64,000 bases of DNA from Ascoidea asiatica JCM 7603 (GCA_001600695.1 BCKQ01000001.1:1809066-1873065), one strand, 5' to 3'; shown: positions 23,057 through 36,800, numbered from the stretch's first letter. A program made the numbers and translations. The notes: generated from the sequence alone by a model not told the origin.

Positions 23057-26000
23057 TTTTTGTATTTTACGAAAACCTTTAATGCTCTAAACGTACTTTA
23101 AAAAGTCCCTGTACAACTAAGATTTTGCAATGAAGTTTTATTTTAAAAGCGTGATTAAAATTTAGAGTGTTGTTCGGAAGTAATTATCCCTTAAATGAAT
23201 TAATTTTCAACGTTTTCTAAAGTATGTAACAGAATATAAATTACACGTGAAAGAACTTAGAAGGAGGATCATTTTATTTTTTTATTTTCAACTAACTCGT
23301 TTATATCACATGGCGTTTACGAGAAAAACCACAAATTCCTTCCATAAGGGGGTAAGTGTTTTCAATTTGTTTATTCTAGATTTTTATTGTTCATTATTGA
23401 AAAATCTTTTTTTATTGTTTAACAATTGTTTATTGTTTAAGAATGAAAACCAAAAGGTATATTCAAAGTCCAATAATGTGAAGTCGATGATATAATAAAA
23501 GATCTGCTCTTATTTTAAGGCAAAAATGTTTGATTATGAAAACTTCATGAAGTAAATCTTCTTTAAAAAAAAAACTACGGTGTATTGAATACACAACGAA
23601 TCTGGTTTTACTTTTTGTAACGTTTACTTTCAAAAATGCCCTGTACTTCTTAAATTTGAAATTTAATCTGCAAAAGGATCTATTATTTAATTTATTCAAA
23701 TGATTGTTTTTGATTTTTGATATTTTAATAGATTTTAATAAAAATTACTTTGTAAGCAAATCAGAAATTAAAAATTGATCTTAAAATTAGGAACTTGAGG
23801 TTTAAGGACTATTTAGAGAATATTAAATGAAAATACGAGTAAATAGAATATATTAAAGAAAATCGGAAGAATTGTGAAAAGAAGCTTCTTTGTAGATTGT
23901 GCTACTGTAGCAGTAGACCCAGATTTTTTCAAAAACAGAATTTTTTTTGCTTCCGATCGTTTCTGAAGGGGTATCTAAGATACCTTCTTTTGGGCCCATC
24001 GATGCTCTTTTTACTTCAAGAAGCGGCCCTTTGTGGAATGCATTTTAGAAAAAACGAATTAGTAAAAGACAAAAAAAAGGATTTTGGCTGTATTTTGAAG
24101 TAAACTAGCTGAATAGCGGGCACTTTTAGGAACTTTAGCCCTTTGGACACCTTTGACATTTCTGTTGAAGTGGTTGAACTGTTGAGATTTCTCTGCTGTT
24201 TGTGCTGTTTTTGCTGCTTCTGAGGGTTGTTAATTGGAGCGAAGGCTACGTAATTCAGAAGATCAATCCCAAGCCTTCAACCGTATTTTTTTCAGTTGAT
24301 CTGTATTTTTTCAATAACCCTCAATAGATTGAAGCCACATATTTTTAATAGATCTAATATATAAAATAATTATTAATAATACATTATAATAAATAATAAT
24401 AATTCTTCAAGTGGCATAAGTCAATTTCTAATAAATCTGCCTCAATCATCTTTTAACAATGCCTTACCAAATTCTTTTCAGTTCCAATTCAGGGGAATGA
24501 AAAGTAACTGATGGATTGAATTGAAAGATTTTTTCACAATTCTTCTCGGAGATTCTTTAAATTCGCTAACCGCCGAGAAGATACAAAGGAAAAAGCAAAA
24601 TAAAAAAAAACAAAAGAACAATCAATTCAAATAACGTAGATATACCTTTTTTTTTATTTCATTTTATTTCAATCAATTTATTTCTTCATTTCAGTTTAAT
24701 GGTTTAGTATTTTAATTTTATAGTAAATGTATTGTAGTACAATTCTAGTTCAATGGTTCATTATATTCAGTCTTGATTTTTATTCATAATTTTTCAACTT
24801 CTAAAATTAAATTCTCCAAAATATCTGTTTTTACAATTCATCGCGATTTTGATAGAAGGTGCATATATTTTGGTGTAAATCACAGTAATGATAAAGGATA
24901 AATAATAAATTATAATTCGTTCATAATAAATACTGGTAAATAATATTTTCAATCAAGAGTCAAATACATGCACTTCTCATGTACTAAAAGTTATGTTAGG
25001 TTTGCCCAAGTGACAAGTCCAACTGGTTTTAGTAGCTTTTATTTACAAATTTGGTCAGAAAATAGTTCAGTGATATAAACCTTTTCTAAATTTCCCAAGT
25101 TGACTTTGCTCAACTTAATCAGGCTTTAAATTTGAAGCTTTTATCCTTAGGATATGATAATAAAATGATATGATACTATGAATATTCAAAGTTAACAATT
25201 AATAAAATGATTTATTCTCATGTTTTCATATTAACTTCTTCAAAACTTTTTTAATAATTATTGAATAACGTTGCTGTTTTTATTTGTCTAACATTTTAAA
25301 TTTTTTTTAAAAAAAATATTATTACCGGTAGTTAAATTAAATTAAATTAAATTAAATTATCATTATCATTATTATCATTATTGGCTTTTACTTTTTTTTT
25401 GCTTTTTTAAATAATTTATTGTAATCATTCTTCAAAACTGTTTTTATGTGCATTCAGATTAAATTATTATAATTTTCATTATTCTTGTATGCTTTTCACT
25501 TTAAAAAGGTTAAAAAGCTGCCATTTTCTTTACAAATTCTCTAAAGGACATCAATTGATTAAAGCTACAATTCTTTCAAAAATTTTCAGTAATAATTTTT
25601 ACTCTACAACACTAACTTTTCTCAATCAATCAACATATTAATCTGCAATATCAATATTTATAAAAAAAAAAAATTAAAAAAAAGATTTATTCAACTCCAT
25701 TTGAAATAATTCATAACAACTCTGTTACATTTTCATGAATTATAATTTACAATTAATCAAATTATTTCCTTCTTGATTCAATCAATTAAAAATTTGCCCA
25801 TAATATTATTTCAACTTCAATTTCAATCTCAATCTCACATTTAAATCTAAATATCTGTTTTTCTTATATTTTTGATCATATATTATTCTTTAACCTCCCT
25901 TCAATAATTACATAAACAAAAACCACTTCATAGATTTCCCTATCAGATTTTTCAACTTAAATATATTTAAAATTATAACCATAAATTAGTCAGTATAATA

Positions 26001-27037
26001 TAATCATTATAATATAATCATTATCATTTATCATTTATAATTATCTAGATTTTAGTTTTTTTCAGCAAAATATTCATAAAGTCTACTAGAAAAAAACATT
26101 TATAAATTCATAATTTTATAAACTATTAAACCGTTGAATCTAATAAACTGTTAAAGCATATTAATTTAAGACAAAAAAATTCCTGAGAAAAAAATATCTT
26201 CCATTAGTCTCAATACATCAATATCTTGAAATAGTTAATTAATACTCAAAATAATAAAAGTTTCTTGTTTCAAACTAAATAAATCAATAAAATAATTCAT
26301 ATATAGAAAAAGAAAAGAAAAATCATACTTTATTTCTTTACCTTATTAAAAATACAATGAATCAAATAAAATAACTAAGATCAAATTCCTATATAAGTAA
26401 CGCGTATGAATAATAATATAGAAAATAAAAAAGATATAATAAATAAACAAATAAATTTTTTAAACTTTGATTTCACTGCAAATATTAAAGATAAATCATT
26501 ACAAGCAATATTCATCATTGGAATCTCAAATAATATCACTTAAATTTTCTTTTTTTAATTTAAATCCCTGCAGTACATCAAAAATTCTCACAAAAAACAA
26601 AACGAAAATCCCTTCAGAATAAATTTTAAATACAATTTCTTATAAATTTACGATAACTTTTTTTGCATTTTTGAGTTAAATTCATTCATTCCTTTTACAT
26701 TTATTCATTCTCTGATTATCATTTCTATCAAAACTATTTCATTCAAATACCGGTATTTAAATATTTCTCATTTTCCGAATAATAAATCTATAATTTATAA
26801 GTTATTGGTCAAAAATTTTAAAAGCTTATAGTTTTTAACTTAGTAACCTAATAGGTTAGAGAAAGAACAGATAAAACTTTTCCTTTTTCTCATTTATTTT
26901 AATCAAATTTTCTCTACTAAGAAAAATTATTTTATTTTTATCTTTTTTTCTCTTAACTTGAACACATTAACAAATTTGGAAGTTATTACAAAAATTAAAT
27001 TGTTTAGTCTCTTATTTTCAAAAATAACATTTTTTTC

Positions 27038-28816
27038 ATGTTAACAATAATGCACAAACGTTCTGAATCGATTCTGCAAAGTTCACCAAAATCATCATTA
27101 AATTTTTCTAGGTGGAATATCGAAATGGACGCTGCCTTAGTAAAATTTGCAATTCAACAAGTTGATGATACTTATATTAAAACTGGAGATTTTTCTAGAA
27201 AAGCATGGGCCAAAATTATTAAACAATTATCAATTCTATTTCCAGATAAAATTCAAAAATTTGACAAAAGTAAATTATTAGCTCACTTTAGAGATGTTCT
27301 TGTTAAAGATCATCAAGTTTGGAGAGATATAAAACTGCATGGTGTTGGTATTGTGTGGTCAGAAACTCAAAATTGTTTTGTAATTGATAATAATTCTGAT
27401 ACTCTAGAAAACTTTTTTGCCAATCAAGGTGCAAATAAAGAATTGTTTGAAAGAAATAAAAAGAAGTTGAGTATCATGAAATTTATGTTCATGACAAACT
27501 GTTGTTTTTATCTTTCCTGGTTTGATAAATATCTTTATCGTCATGATGAAAACATTGAATTAAAAAAAATAGACTACAAAAATCTAAGTTTGGATTTACC
27601 AGATATGTCATCTGCAAGTTTCCCTTCCAGAGCATTTGCAAAAACTCATCAATTAAAAAGTTTTTTTCAACAGCAGCAACAAGCTCAACAACAACAAGAG
27701 CAACAAGCTCAGGAACAACAACAGCAAAGACAACAGCAACAACAACAACAACAGCAATTAACCACCTCAGATATATTATCAAATCAATTCGGATCGTTGC
27801 AATCAAGATTATCAAATAATCAGTTCAACCCACAGTTAGTTAATCAGATGAATAACTCATTAACTGGCCAGTTAAGTCCTCAAATAAGTAATCAACTCAA
27901 TATAAATGCTCAATTCAATAATCAACTCGCCTCTCAATATCAGCTCTCTAACCAAATGGTCGGTCAAATGAATCAACAATTAACACCAGGACTAAGCAAT
28001 GAATTATCAAACCAATTTCAATACCAAACATTTCATAATCCAATATTACATAATACAATAGAATCCTTACAATCATCAAATACACTACAATCATTGTCTT
28101 CTTCAAATCAATTAGGACAACCTCAAAATCATTCATCAAATGATCCTAGTTCTTCATCAGCCTTAGCTTCAAGTCCACATGGTTCGATGTCAATGCAAAT
28201 GATGTCTGCAGCCCCTCAATATGCCACATCTTCATTAGCAACACCAAGTGGTATTTCAAATAACGCACTAAATTTAGCTGGATCTGCTTTAAATACAAGA
28301 ACTTCTCAAGGAAGTCTACAAAGCAGTTTACATGAAAGCTTAGGTTCAAGTAAAAGTCGTTCCAACTCGCATGTATCTGTTTCCAGCGGTAGAATAACAA
28401 AACCTGAGTCCTCACCTAGAAGTCTCACAACAATAACATCCAGGTCTGCATTATCTACTTTAGAATTATTGACGTCAAAATCATCTATGCTTACACAAAG
28501 CCAGAAAACTTTAAAAGAATCAATGGAGAGAAAAATAGTAGACCATGTAATAAATTTAAAGCAAGACCAATTTAAAAAAATCTCTTCGGTGATATATCAA
28601 CTACATAACTCAAATTTAATTTCAATGGATTACCAAATATTATTTTCAAGAAATTATACCAGACAGAGGGAATTTCATCTTGTGAATAGAATATTAATAA
28701 ATGATCAACTATCGTATGAAGAAAGAGCAAACTATTTCAATCAATTCATGGAAAGGTATATTGCAACCAATCATGATAGTAGTGATCATGCTAGTAGAGA
28801 TTCTGACAGCGAGTGA
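27038..28816 (+). CDS. Myb/SANT-like DNA-binding domain protein with poly-Q and Ser-rich regions; putative transcription factor
   Basis: RWNIEMDAALV..AIQQV.....GDFSRKAWAKIIKQL......FDKSKLLAHF...KDHQVW......GIVWSE resembles the plant/fungal Myb/SANT-like (Myb_DNA-bind_3 type) pattern; about 4 kb upstream intergenic. Confidence 0.65.
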   Translation: MLTIMHKRSESILQSSPKSSLNFSRWNIEMDAALVKFAIQQVDDTYIKTGDFSRKAWAKIIKQLSILFPDKIQKFDKSKLLAHFRDVLVKDHQVWRDIKLHGVGIVWSETQNCFVIDNNSDTLENFFANQGANKELFERNKKKLSIMKFMFMTNCCFYLSWFDKYLYRHDENIELKKIDYKNLSLDLPDMSSASFPSRAFAKTHQLKSFFQQQQQAQQQQEQQAQEQQQQRQQQQQQQQQLTTSDILSNQFGSLQSRLSNNQFNPQLVNQMNNSLTGQLSPQISNQLNINAQFNNQLASQYQLSNQMVGQMNQQLTPGLSNELSNQFQYQTFHNPILHNTIESLQSSNTLQSLSSSNQLGQPQNHSSNDPSSSSALASSPHGSMSMQMMSAAPQYATSSLATPSGISNNALNLAGSALNTRTSQGSLQSSLHESLGSSKSRSNSHVSVSSGRITKPESSPRSLTTITSRSALSTLELLTSKSSMLTQSQKTLKESMERKIVDHVINLKQDQFKKISSVIYQLHNSNLISMDYQILFSRNYTRQREFHLVNRILINDQLSYEERANYFNQFMERYIATNHDSSDHASRDSDSE

Positions 28817-28929
28817 AATACAAAAATACAAAAAATTTCAATTTTAAATGAGCTTTATATTATGTCTTCAATTTCCTTTAATTTTTACCAACTATTTTTA
28901 TTCTAATTAACTGTTTTTTATCTGACTTA

Positions 28930-30850
28930 TTTTTGATCAGCTTTTTATACTGTCTTCCAAAAAAGTTAGATCTGTATTATAAAAAAGTCACAGAAACATT
29001 CCAAGAGTTTTTCATGATTAATTTATTTAAATACAATTTCTCTTGTTTTCGATCTTTTTACAATCGAGGTAATTCGATAATCTTCTTTATTCAGAATGCT
29101 CAATTTCCATATTTTGCTTAAAAATTGTTTGTTTTATTTTTATTATATAGCTTACATTTGTTTTTTTAGAATTTTGTTTGCTTTTTAATATCAATTTACA
29201 CAATTTATCTAAATTTTTATTCTGCTTTTGTTTCTTTCAATCCATCATTTTTTTCTCCTAAGTTTTTGCTATAATTTCTTTATTACTTCTCTATATGTTT
29301 TTTATATAAGAAACTAAAATTCGTTCTTTACTACATTTAATTGTCATAGCTACTGAATATTTTGCCAATTAATGCTTCAAGTTAATTTAATGACAATCTA
29401 TACTCAACCTTTAGCTGCTATAAATATTTTTCTTTAATCCTTTCATCATTCAATTGTTCAATACTAATAAATTTAATTCCAAAAATCTGAAATTTAGCTA
29501 TAGATTCCAGACCTTTAATCTTTCATTATCTTTCGTTTTCTTTCATTACCATTTTTTCTAATTATTCCCTTTAATAAATCATAAAATATTATATAATTCA
29601 AACTTCAATTTCCTTGTAAATTATAAGTTTATCAGTAGCGTTCATTCGTATTTCACCTTTTTATTTTTAGGCCTGGATCTTTATTGGCAATCTGGGAATG
29701 TTTTAGGCAATAAGAACTTAGATGTCTTAGCGATGCTGGAATTTTGCTTTAATCTGTCTCTTATTACTATTTTCCCTTTCTCTAATTTTTTTTTTGCTTT
29801 TTTCTTCTTAACAATCAATAGCTTTTTTGCAATTTCATAATATACTTATTCCTTCAATCAGGTTCTCTTAAACAATAATTCTTTGTTGTGAGTTGTAACA
29901 AAATACCTAATTTTTCTTTTTTCAAAAATATAAAGATAACGAAAACTTCTGAAAATAGAGCACAAAACATGAACTGCAACTTAAATGACTTTAAAGTATT
30001 AAAAATCTTTATCTAACAATAACGTTCATTTACTTTGTGTAAACACACTATAATTATTATCTTTCAAGACATTTTGTCTTTCATTTTTTTCTTGTTCTAA
30101 AAAAAGATTTATTCTTTCATAGATTCACTAAAACGACTAGTGTTCATTCTTTTACTTTAGTCATTCATCTTCCTTTTTTTGAATTTTAGGTTAAACTATT
30201 ATTCTTTCTTTTCATTTTATCATTTTATTCATCTTACACCGAGAATCTAATCAAATGATGTAAAAGTGTAGGAAGGTGAGTATTTATTTGATTCTCTTAC
30301 ACTCATTCTTTAACTGATAAAATTGTTTCAAAGTAATTATAAATAGTAACTCCATTTAAAATTTGTAACTTATTGGATTAAATTCTAAAATATCGGATGA
30401 ATTTATTAACATTCCAAACCATCTAAAGAAATGAAAGTTCTCCTAGAATATAGAATGTAACCCCTGTTATTATCATGTAATTGAATTGAGTTTTTGATCT
30501 AAAGACTTTCCAAATGATTATCAATCAAACCAGTAGTAGAAGGCCATGAATAAAATCTTCTGATTTGGTGAATTAGGTTTATAATTAAAAGTACATGACT
30601 GTAATTTATGTAAAAGGTCTTAATAATAGTCTAAAAAAAACCTAAAGATCCTAAAGAAATGATTCCATATCTTCTTATTATACAGCAGCTTAAAATAGCT
30701 TAAAAGCTTTTGGATATTGGAAGAAATTAAAGAAAAATATAAGTTTCATAAAAGAATTGAAGTTCTTTAACTTAGATAAACATTGAAATCAGTTGAGATA
30801 AATTTAGGTGGACCTTTTATGTCTGACATTTTCATTCCTTTTACCTTGAT
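28930..30850 (-). pseudogene. Possible decayed coding sequence or transposon remnant
   Basis: Minus strand is purine-rich with stop-interrupted protein-like frames (KGLESIAKFQIFGIKFISIEQLNDERIKEKYL*QLK; YYEIAKKLLIVKKK..LLPKTFPDCQ*RSRPK). No identifiable homologue. Confidence 0.25.
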
Positions 30851-32176
30851 AATGCAAAAATAAAACGGTAATTTGTTTCACTCAAATATTGGTTTGATCT
30901 CATCGCTATTTACAAAAAAAAATAAAAAAAACAAAAAACAAGAAGCAGGAACATCTGAAAAGATTAGAAAGAATTAAAGTTCATTTACGAAAGAAGATTA
31001 ACTAAACATATGACTTAAAACCTAAATGTTAGGCCTTTGATGGTTCCTGAATGAATTTTTATATTAAACAAACAATTACAGCATTGTATCTTCCGCTTCA
31101 AATTCATAAGTTCTAGTTATTATCAAAACTTATGAATTATTATTTCAAATTCACTCTGAATTCCTTTCTGAGGAAAATGGTCAGGAATATTTGGTCAGAA
31201 AGTTTAATTTACAACTTTCTGGTAAAATTATTTTCAAACTTGTCTTAAATTACTGCAATGTTATACACGTAGAACATGGGTTCCTGAATGAAATAATTTC
31301 AAGTTGACATTTGTAAGTTTTCGAAAGTTTTTGAATATAATTAAAAGTTAACAAAGTGTTTAGTGGTACTGCTTACATAATTAAAGAAACAGATAATACT
31401 ACGATATAAAATAATTTATAAGAAAATAAAATATGAAATAGTATTATTTGAGTCTGTTGCAGATAGTAGCGATGATAAGTAAAAAGAATCAAAACTAAAA
31501 CCAAGAAAAATAAAAGTACACACGTATTTATATATAAACAAATAACGTTTTGGTTATGTTAGAATAAAACGCTAAAAAAAAAACAAAAATGAAAATCAGT
31601 TAGGGCTATAATGAAAGAGTTGATATATATAGTGAAAGCTGAAAGTGAAACAAATAATTGAAACAGATAATAAAAATTGAAACAAATTTTAAATCAAGTG
31701 ACCCAAAGCATATCTTTGGTAAAGCTTTTAGGTATAAAAAATTTAAATTAATAAATAATAAAAACTGGTGTTAGAAATAGTGCTTGTAGTATTTCTGTCA
31801 ACAGTACCTTACTTTTACCAACTTTTAATGTATTTTTAAATTCACCAATTGTTCAGATTCTCCTGATGCAAATTGTTTAACTTTTTTTGATATTTTTGAT
31901 AAAGGTGTACCTGCTTTCAATGACCTAAATTTTGGTGTTATCAAGTTTTTTTATAGAATTTTAAAAAGAATCCCCAAACGAGTTGAAATTTTTACTACAA
32001 AAGTAAAGTACTTCATAATCAAAAAATCTACTTCTTAAATTCTAAGAGTTGAGAATCTAGATCCCAGATTACCTTTGTATTCAATTTTTACTCAAAAGTC
32101 TAAATAATAATTGAAACCTATAGAAAATCTCAAAATCTAGAGTTTATATCGTTTATTAAAATGACTATCATTAATT

Positions 32177-35100
32177 TTAGGCATTTTGAACCTTGGCATA
32201 GTTTGGGGGCCTGAGTTTTCTATTTAATGCTTTTGTACCCCATATTGGTAGTATTGAAACAGTTAATATAACCACACTTTGCCATAGAAAAGAAAATGAA
32301 GAAACATATTCTAAGTCAAAATATTCGCTCAAAAAAGGAACAGAAACTATATATATAAGAGCTGTAACTACTTCGGAACTTATCATTGGTTTCGTCCAAG
32401 TGTTAATTTCGATTGCAACCATTATTAATTCATTGAAAATTAATGTGGTAAAACTTATAGCAACCATAGTTAAAAATTCTTCAGGATCAATTGATGTAAA
32501 ATTTTGAGAAAAAAGTTGAATAACACATCCTTGATAAAGAGAAACCAAAAACCATTTGAGAAATGATGTATAAGATAATGACTTACTTATGGTTAATTCT
32601 TTATACAATTCAGGATATAATTTTGCTAAGCTCTCATTCACATCACAATCTAAAACCAATGAAAAAACAGGTGCCATTGTATACAATGTAGCATAACCAA
32701 CCATTAGCCAACCTTGATATAATGCCAATGGCTCAAAGGATGAAGATATTGAATAAACTGCTTGACAAACTGATATTATTAAACCTCTATGCATTACAAA
32801 TTGTGCTAATTTTGCTGATCTTTTATAAGAGTTTCTTCCATGCCATAATAATAATTTAGTTAAATGACAGAATTGGGTTATTGAAAAATCAGCTGCAAGA
32901 GATGCTTGCTTACCTTCTTTTCCAACAATTCCTACACCAATATCCGCAGATTGAATCATAGAGACATCATTTCCACCATCACCGATACAACATACCCGCT
33001 TTTTTGTGATTTCTCTGATCATCAATGCAACATTTGCTTTTTGTTGAGGAGTACATCTACAAGCAATAACTGCTGGCAAATTAACAACAATATCAAAAAA
33101 TTCTTTCTTATAATATTTCATAAATATTCCTAAAGATTCACCATCAATTAATAAACAAGCATCTCTATTTGTTCTTAAATATTCAATAGTCCCTAATATA
33201 TTTGGTTGATTCTCATTCAATTTTGTTATTGTATGAACATATTGACCTCTTGAAATTAATTTAGCACTTACAGAAACACATCTTGCGGTTTCAACTTTAT
33301 CACCAGTTAACATCCAAATTTTAATACCAGCATTTCTCAATAATTCAATTGAAGATTTAACATCTAATTGTAATTTATCTTCAACTCCCGTTAATCCAAG
33401 TAAATCAAGATCATGTTCAAGATATTTATTTATAACACTAGCCATTAGTGCATCTCTATTATACATTGATAATGAAGATTCATGATATTTTTCTTTAAAA
33501 GTTTTATACAAATTCTCACTTAATTTTTTTCTAGCAATAACTAAAGTTCTTAAACCTTCTCTTGCCATATTTCCTACTTCTTCATCTAACCAATCACTAT
33601 GTTGAACAATTTTTGCCATTACAGTATCAGCTCCTTTTTCTAAAAACAAATATTCATCTTTCTGTTTATCTTTTATAATAATTCCCATTCTTTTTGTATC
33701 TGAATTAAAAGGAAAAACTTGTAAAATATCATAATATAATGGAGTTGAAGTTTGATTATGAATTAAAGTTATAGAAGTTCTATCTCTTTTATATAAAGAT
33801 AAACCTACAGATTCAGTAAATTTAACAATGGCAATTTCATCTGGAGATGCAGCTTGATAAGATAATTCATTATCTTCAATAGTTGGAGTAACATTATGAC
33901 AAATAGCTAAAGTTGTAACTAAATCACGTACTCTTTGAGATAAATCTCTTCTTGATTTTGAAATTTCCATTGAATGATTTGTATAATCAAGATTAGAAGA
34001 ATTATTTTCAAATTTAAAATTTGTTATATAATCAGTAACAATATCCATTGAATCACCAGCATAAGAAACAGTACCAAGATGTAATTTTTTTAATTCCATA
34101 TCATTTTGTGTTAAAGTTCCAGTTTTATCAGATAATAAATATTCAATTCTACCTAAATCTTCAGGGATTGTACTTGTTCTAACAATTGTTTCTGGAATTG
34201 TTTTATCATTTTGAATTTGATAAGCATAAACCGATTTTCCAAGATCTAAATTAACTCTTAAAGAAACAGGAATAATTGTTGAGAATAAAATTAAATATTT
34301 CATTATATCAATATACCAATTTTCTTTATTTTTTTCAAAACATACTAAAATTATTGATAATATAAATACAGAAAGACATAAAATTTTAGATAATGAATTA
34401 ATTTCTAATTCTAATAAAGAAGTTTTAATTTTTGATTTTGTTGTATTCATTGATTGTCTTGTATCTATACCAGTATAAATAATTATTGCAATTACAGTTC
34501 CAGAAGCTAAAACAGTATTAGCCCATAAAGTATTATCAACAGTTAATGGAATTGAAGTTGATTCATAAGTTAAATTACCTTGAAAAGAATGAATTGATTT
34601 ATTTGGAGGTTGAATAGTTAAATGAATATTAAATAAATCATTAAAATTTAAATTTTGAGTTAAATTAGAAGCAACTCTTAATTTCCAATCAGTTTCACCA
34701 TCTAATTGATCAGTTTTTATAAAAGATTCACCATTTATTTCAGAAGAATTTAAAAGTATACAATCTGCAGGAATTCTACTACCTTTATTAATTTTTATTA
34801 AATCTCCAACTTTTAAATTTTTACTTTGAGTTGAAATTGTATTTTTAATAATAGAAGAAGAAGTAGTAGAAAGTAAATTATTATTATCAATTATAGAATT
34901 ATTAATTGTATTAATATTTGAATCAGATAAAGGATTATTAATTAATTGAGAAAATAATTCATTATTTGATTCATTATCTCTTTTTCTTCTTTTAATATCA
35001 TCTATAGCTTCTTTTAACATTGTTACAGATAATACAAAAGCTAAAGGTACAATATAAGAAGATAAATAACCAATTCTTAATGGAGGTATAGCTTGAGATA

Positions 35101-35266
35101 AAGCAACAATTAAGAAATATAAATTAAAAAAAAATTTAAATTGTTCATATAATATCACAGGTATGAAAGTAAATGGATTATATTTTGCATTTGAGATAAA
35201 ATTTGAATTAAAATTTGAATTATTTATACCTGGATATATATTTCTATCTTTTTGAATAATTTGAGA

Positions 35267-35311
<45 letters not shown>

Positions 35312-36214
35312 GTTGCTATTATTATTAGTATTAGGATTAATATTTGAAGATAATGGTAATAAAATTGAATTTTTTCTTTTATTATTTAATATTAAATTTT
35401 TAAGATAAATTATGACAGATTGAATAATATTACGATTATTATTATTTATGATGATATTATTAATATTATTTTGATTATCAATAATATAATTAGAGTTATT
35501 ATTGATGGAACTATTAATAATATTTCTACTATTTCTTTTATTATTTCTAATACTATTTCTTTTACTATTTCTATAATTATTTCTTTTATTATTATTTGAA
35601 GAAATCATTGGAGTTGATGAATTTATATTTAAATCAGATTGTATATCATCATAATCATTATCATCAATTATGAAGTCATCAATATCTATATCATTGTCAT
35701 TATCATTATCATTATCATCATCATTATCATTATCAGTATCATAATTATAATCATTTATATTTCTATTGGAATTGATGATATTATTATTATTGTTATTATT
35801 AAGATTAATATTAAGGTTATCTATTGAATGAGAATTGAAATTAGAACTTGTCGATTTAGAATAATAATGTTTATTATAAATATTTGAATCATTAATTGAA
35901 TTTGAAGACATATTATTTAAAGGTATTAAAACACTTTTATTATTTATATAACTATTTCTTTTTTTTGAATAATTATTATTATTAATATTATTAATATTAT
36001 TATTATTACTTAAATTAAAATCTGAAGAAGAATGAAAATCTTGAAATGGATTAAAATCAGGTTGAATATCAGTTAATGATAAATTATTATCTAAAGTATG
36101 ATTACTTGAATTATTTAAATTATTTAAATTATTTAAATTATTTAAATTATTTATTGTTGAACTTTCACTTGAATCAGATAAAGATTGATAATCTTTTTTA
36201 TTATTTTCTAACAT
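32177..36214 (-). CDS. NEO1: P4-type ATPase phospholipid flippase Neo1
   Basis: TDQLDGETDWKLR, IIPVSLRVNLD, LSDKTGTLT, YQAASPDE, MLTGDK, IGDGGNDVSMIQ, C-terminal RPPNYAKV; about 320-aa Asn-rich N-terminus. Confidence 0.97.
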
Positions 36215-36599
36215 TTATATTTTGATTAAATTGAATAAATTGATTAAATGATTAAATTGATTATAATTATTTCAATGAATATATTTTAATATTTAATTTT
36301 TAATAATCTATTTGAAACATATCTTCAATGAATATGAATGGAAATGCAAAAATGAGAATAGGAATATTAAAGGAGTAATTGATAATTAATACAATATATT
36401 TGGGGAAAAAAAAAGAAAAGATTATTCTAATTATTATTTCAGATATTATGATTAGTTATGATTATTTATGATTATTTATGATTCTTACAGATATAATTTT
36501 AAATATCCAAGATTATCAGATATATTAAAGCAGGAATATTGAGTATATTCTATTCATATTCTATTCATAGTAATTAGTTAATGCTATCTACGTATCAAC

Positions 36600-36800
36600 C
36601 CTATTCTAAGCATCTGCAAAACCTGGGCCTCGGTCACGGGATACGCTCTCAAAGAAATAACTAGGCGGATATATACCAGGAATACAGCGGAAATACAGTA
36701 AAAACACAGTGGAAATACAGAGCAGCCTGGCGAGGCTTAGGCAGGCATCTCGGCGCTGCTTAAAGTTGCCCGATGAGTTGAAGCCCTAGGACATGTTTTG
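36600..36800. promoter_or_regulatory. GC-rich island upstream of NEO1 containing CCTCGGTCACGGGA
   Basis: Local GC rise; GGTCACGGGA at 36632-36641. Confidence 0.55.
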
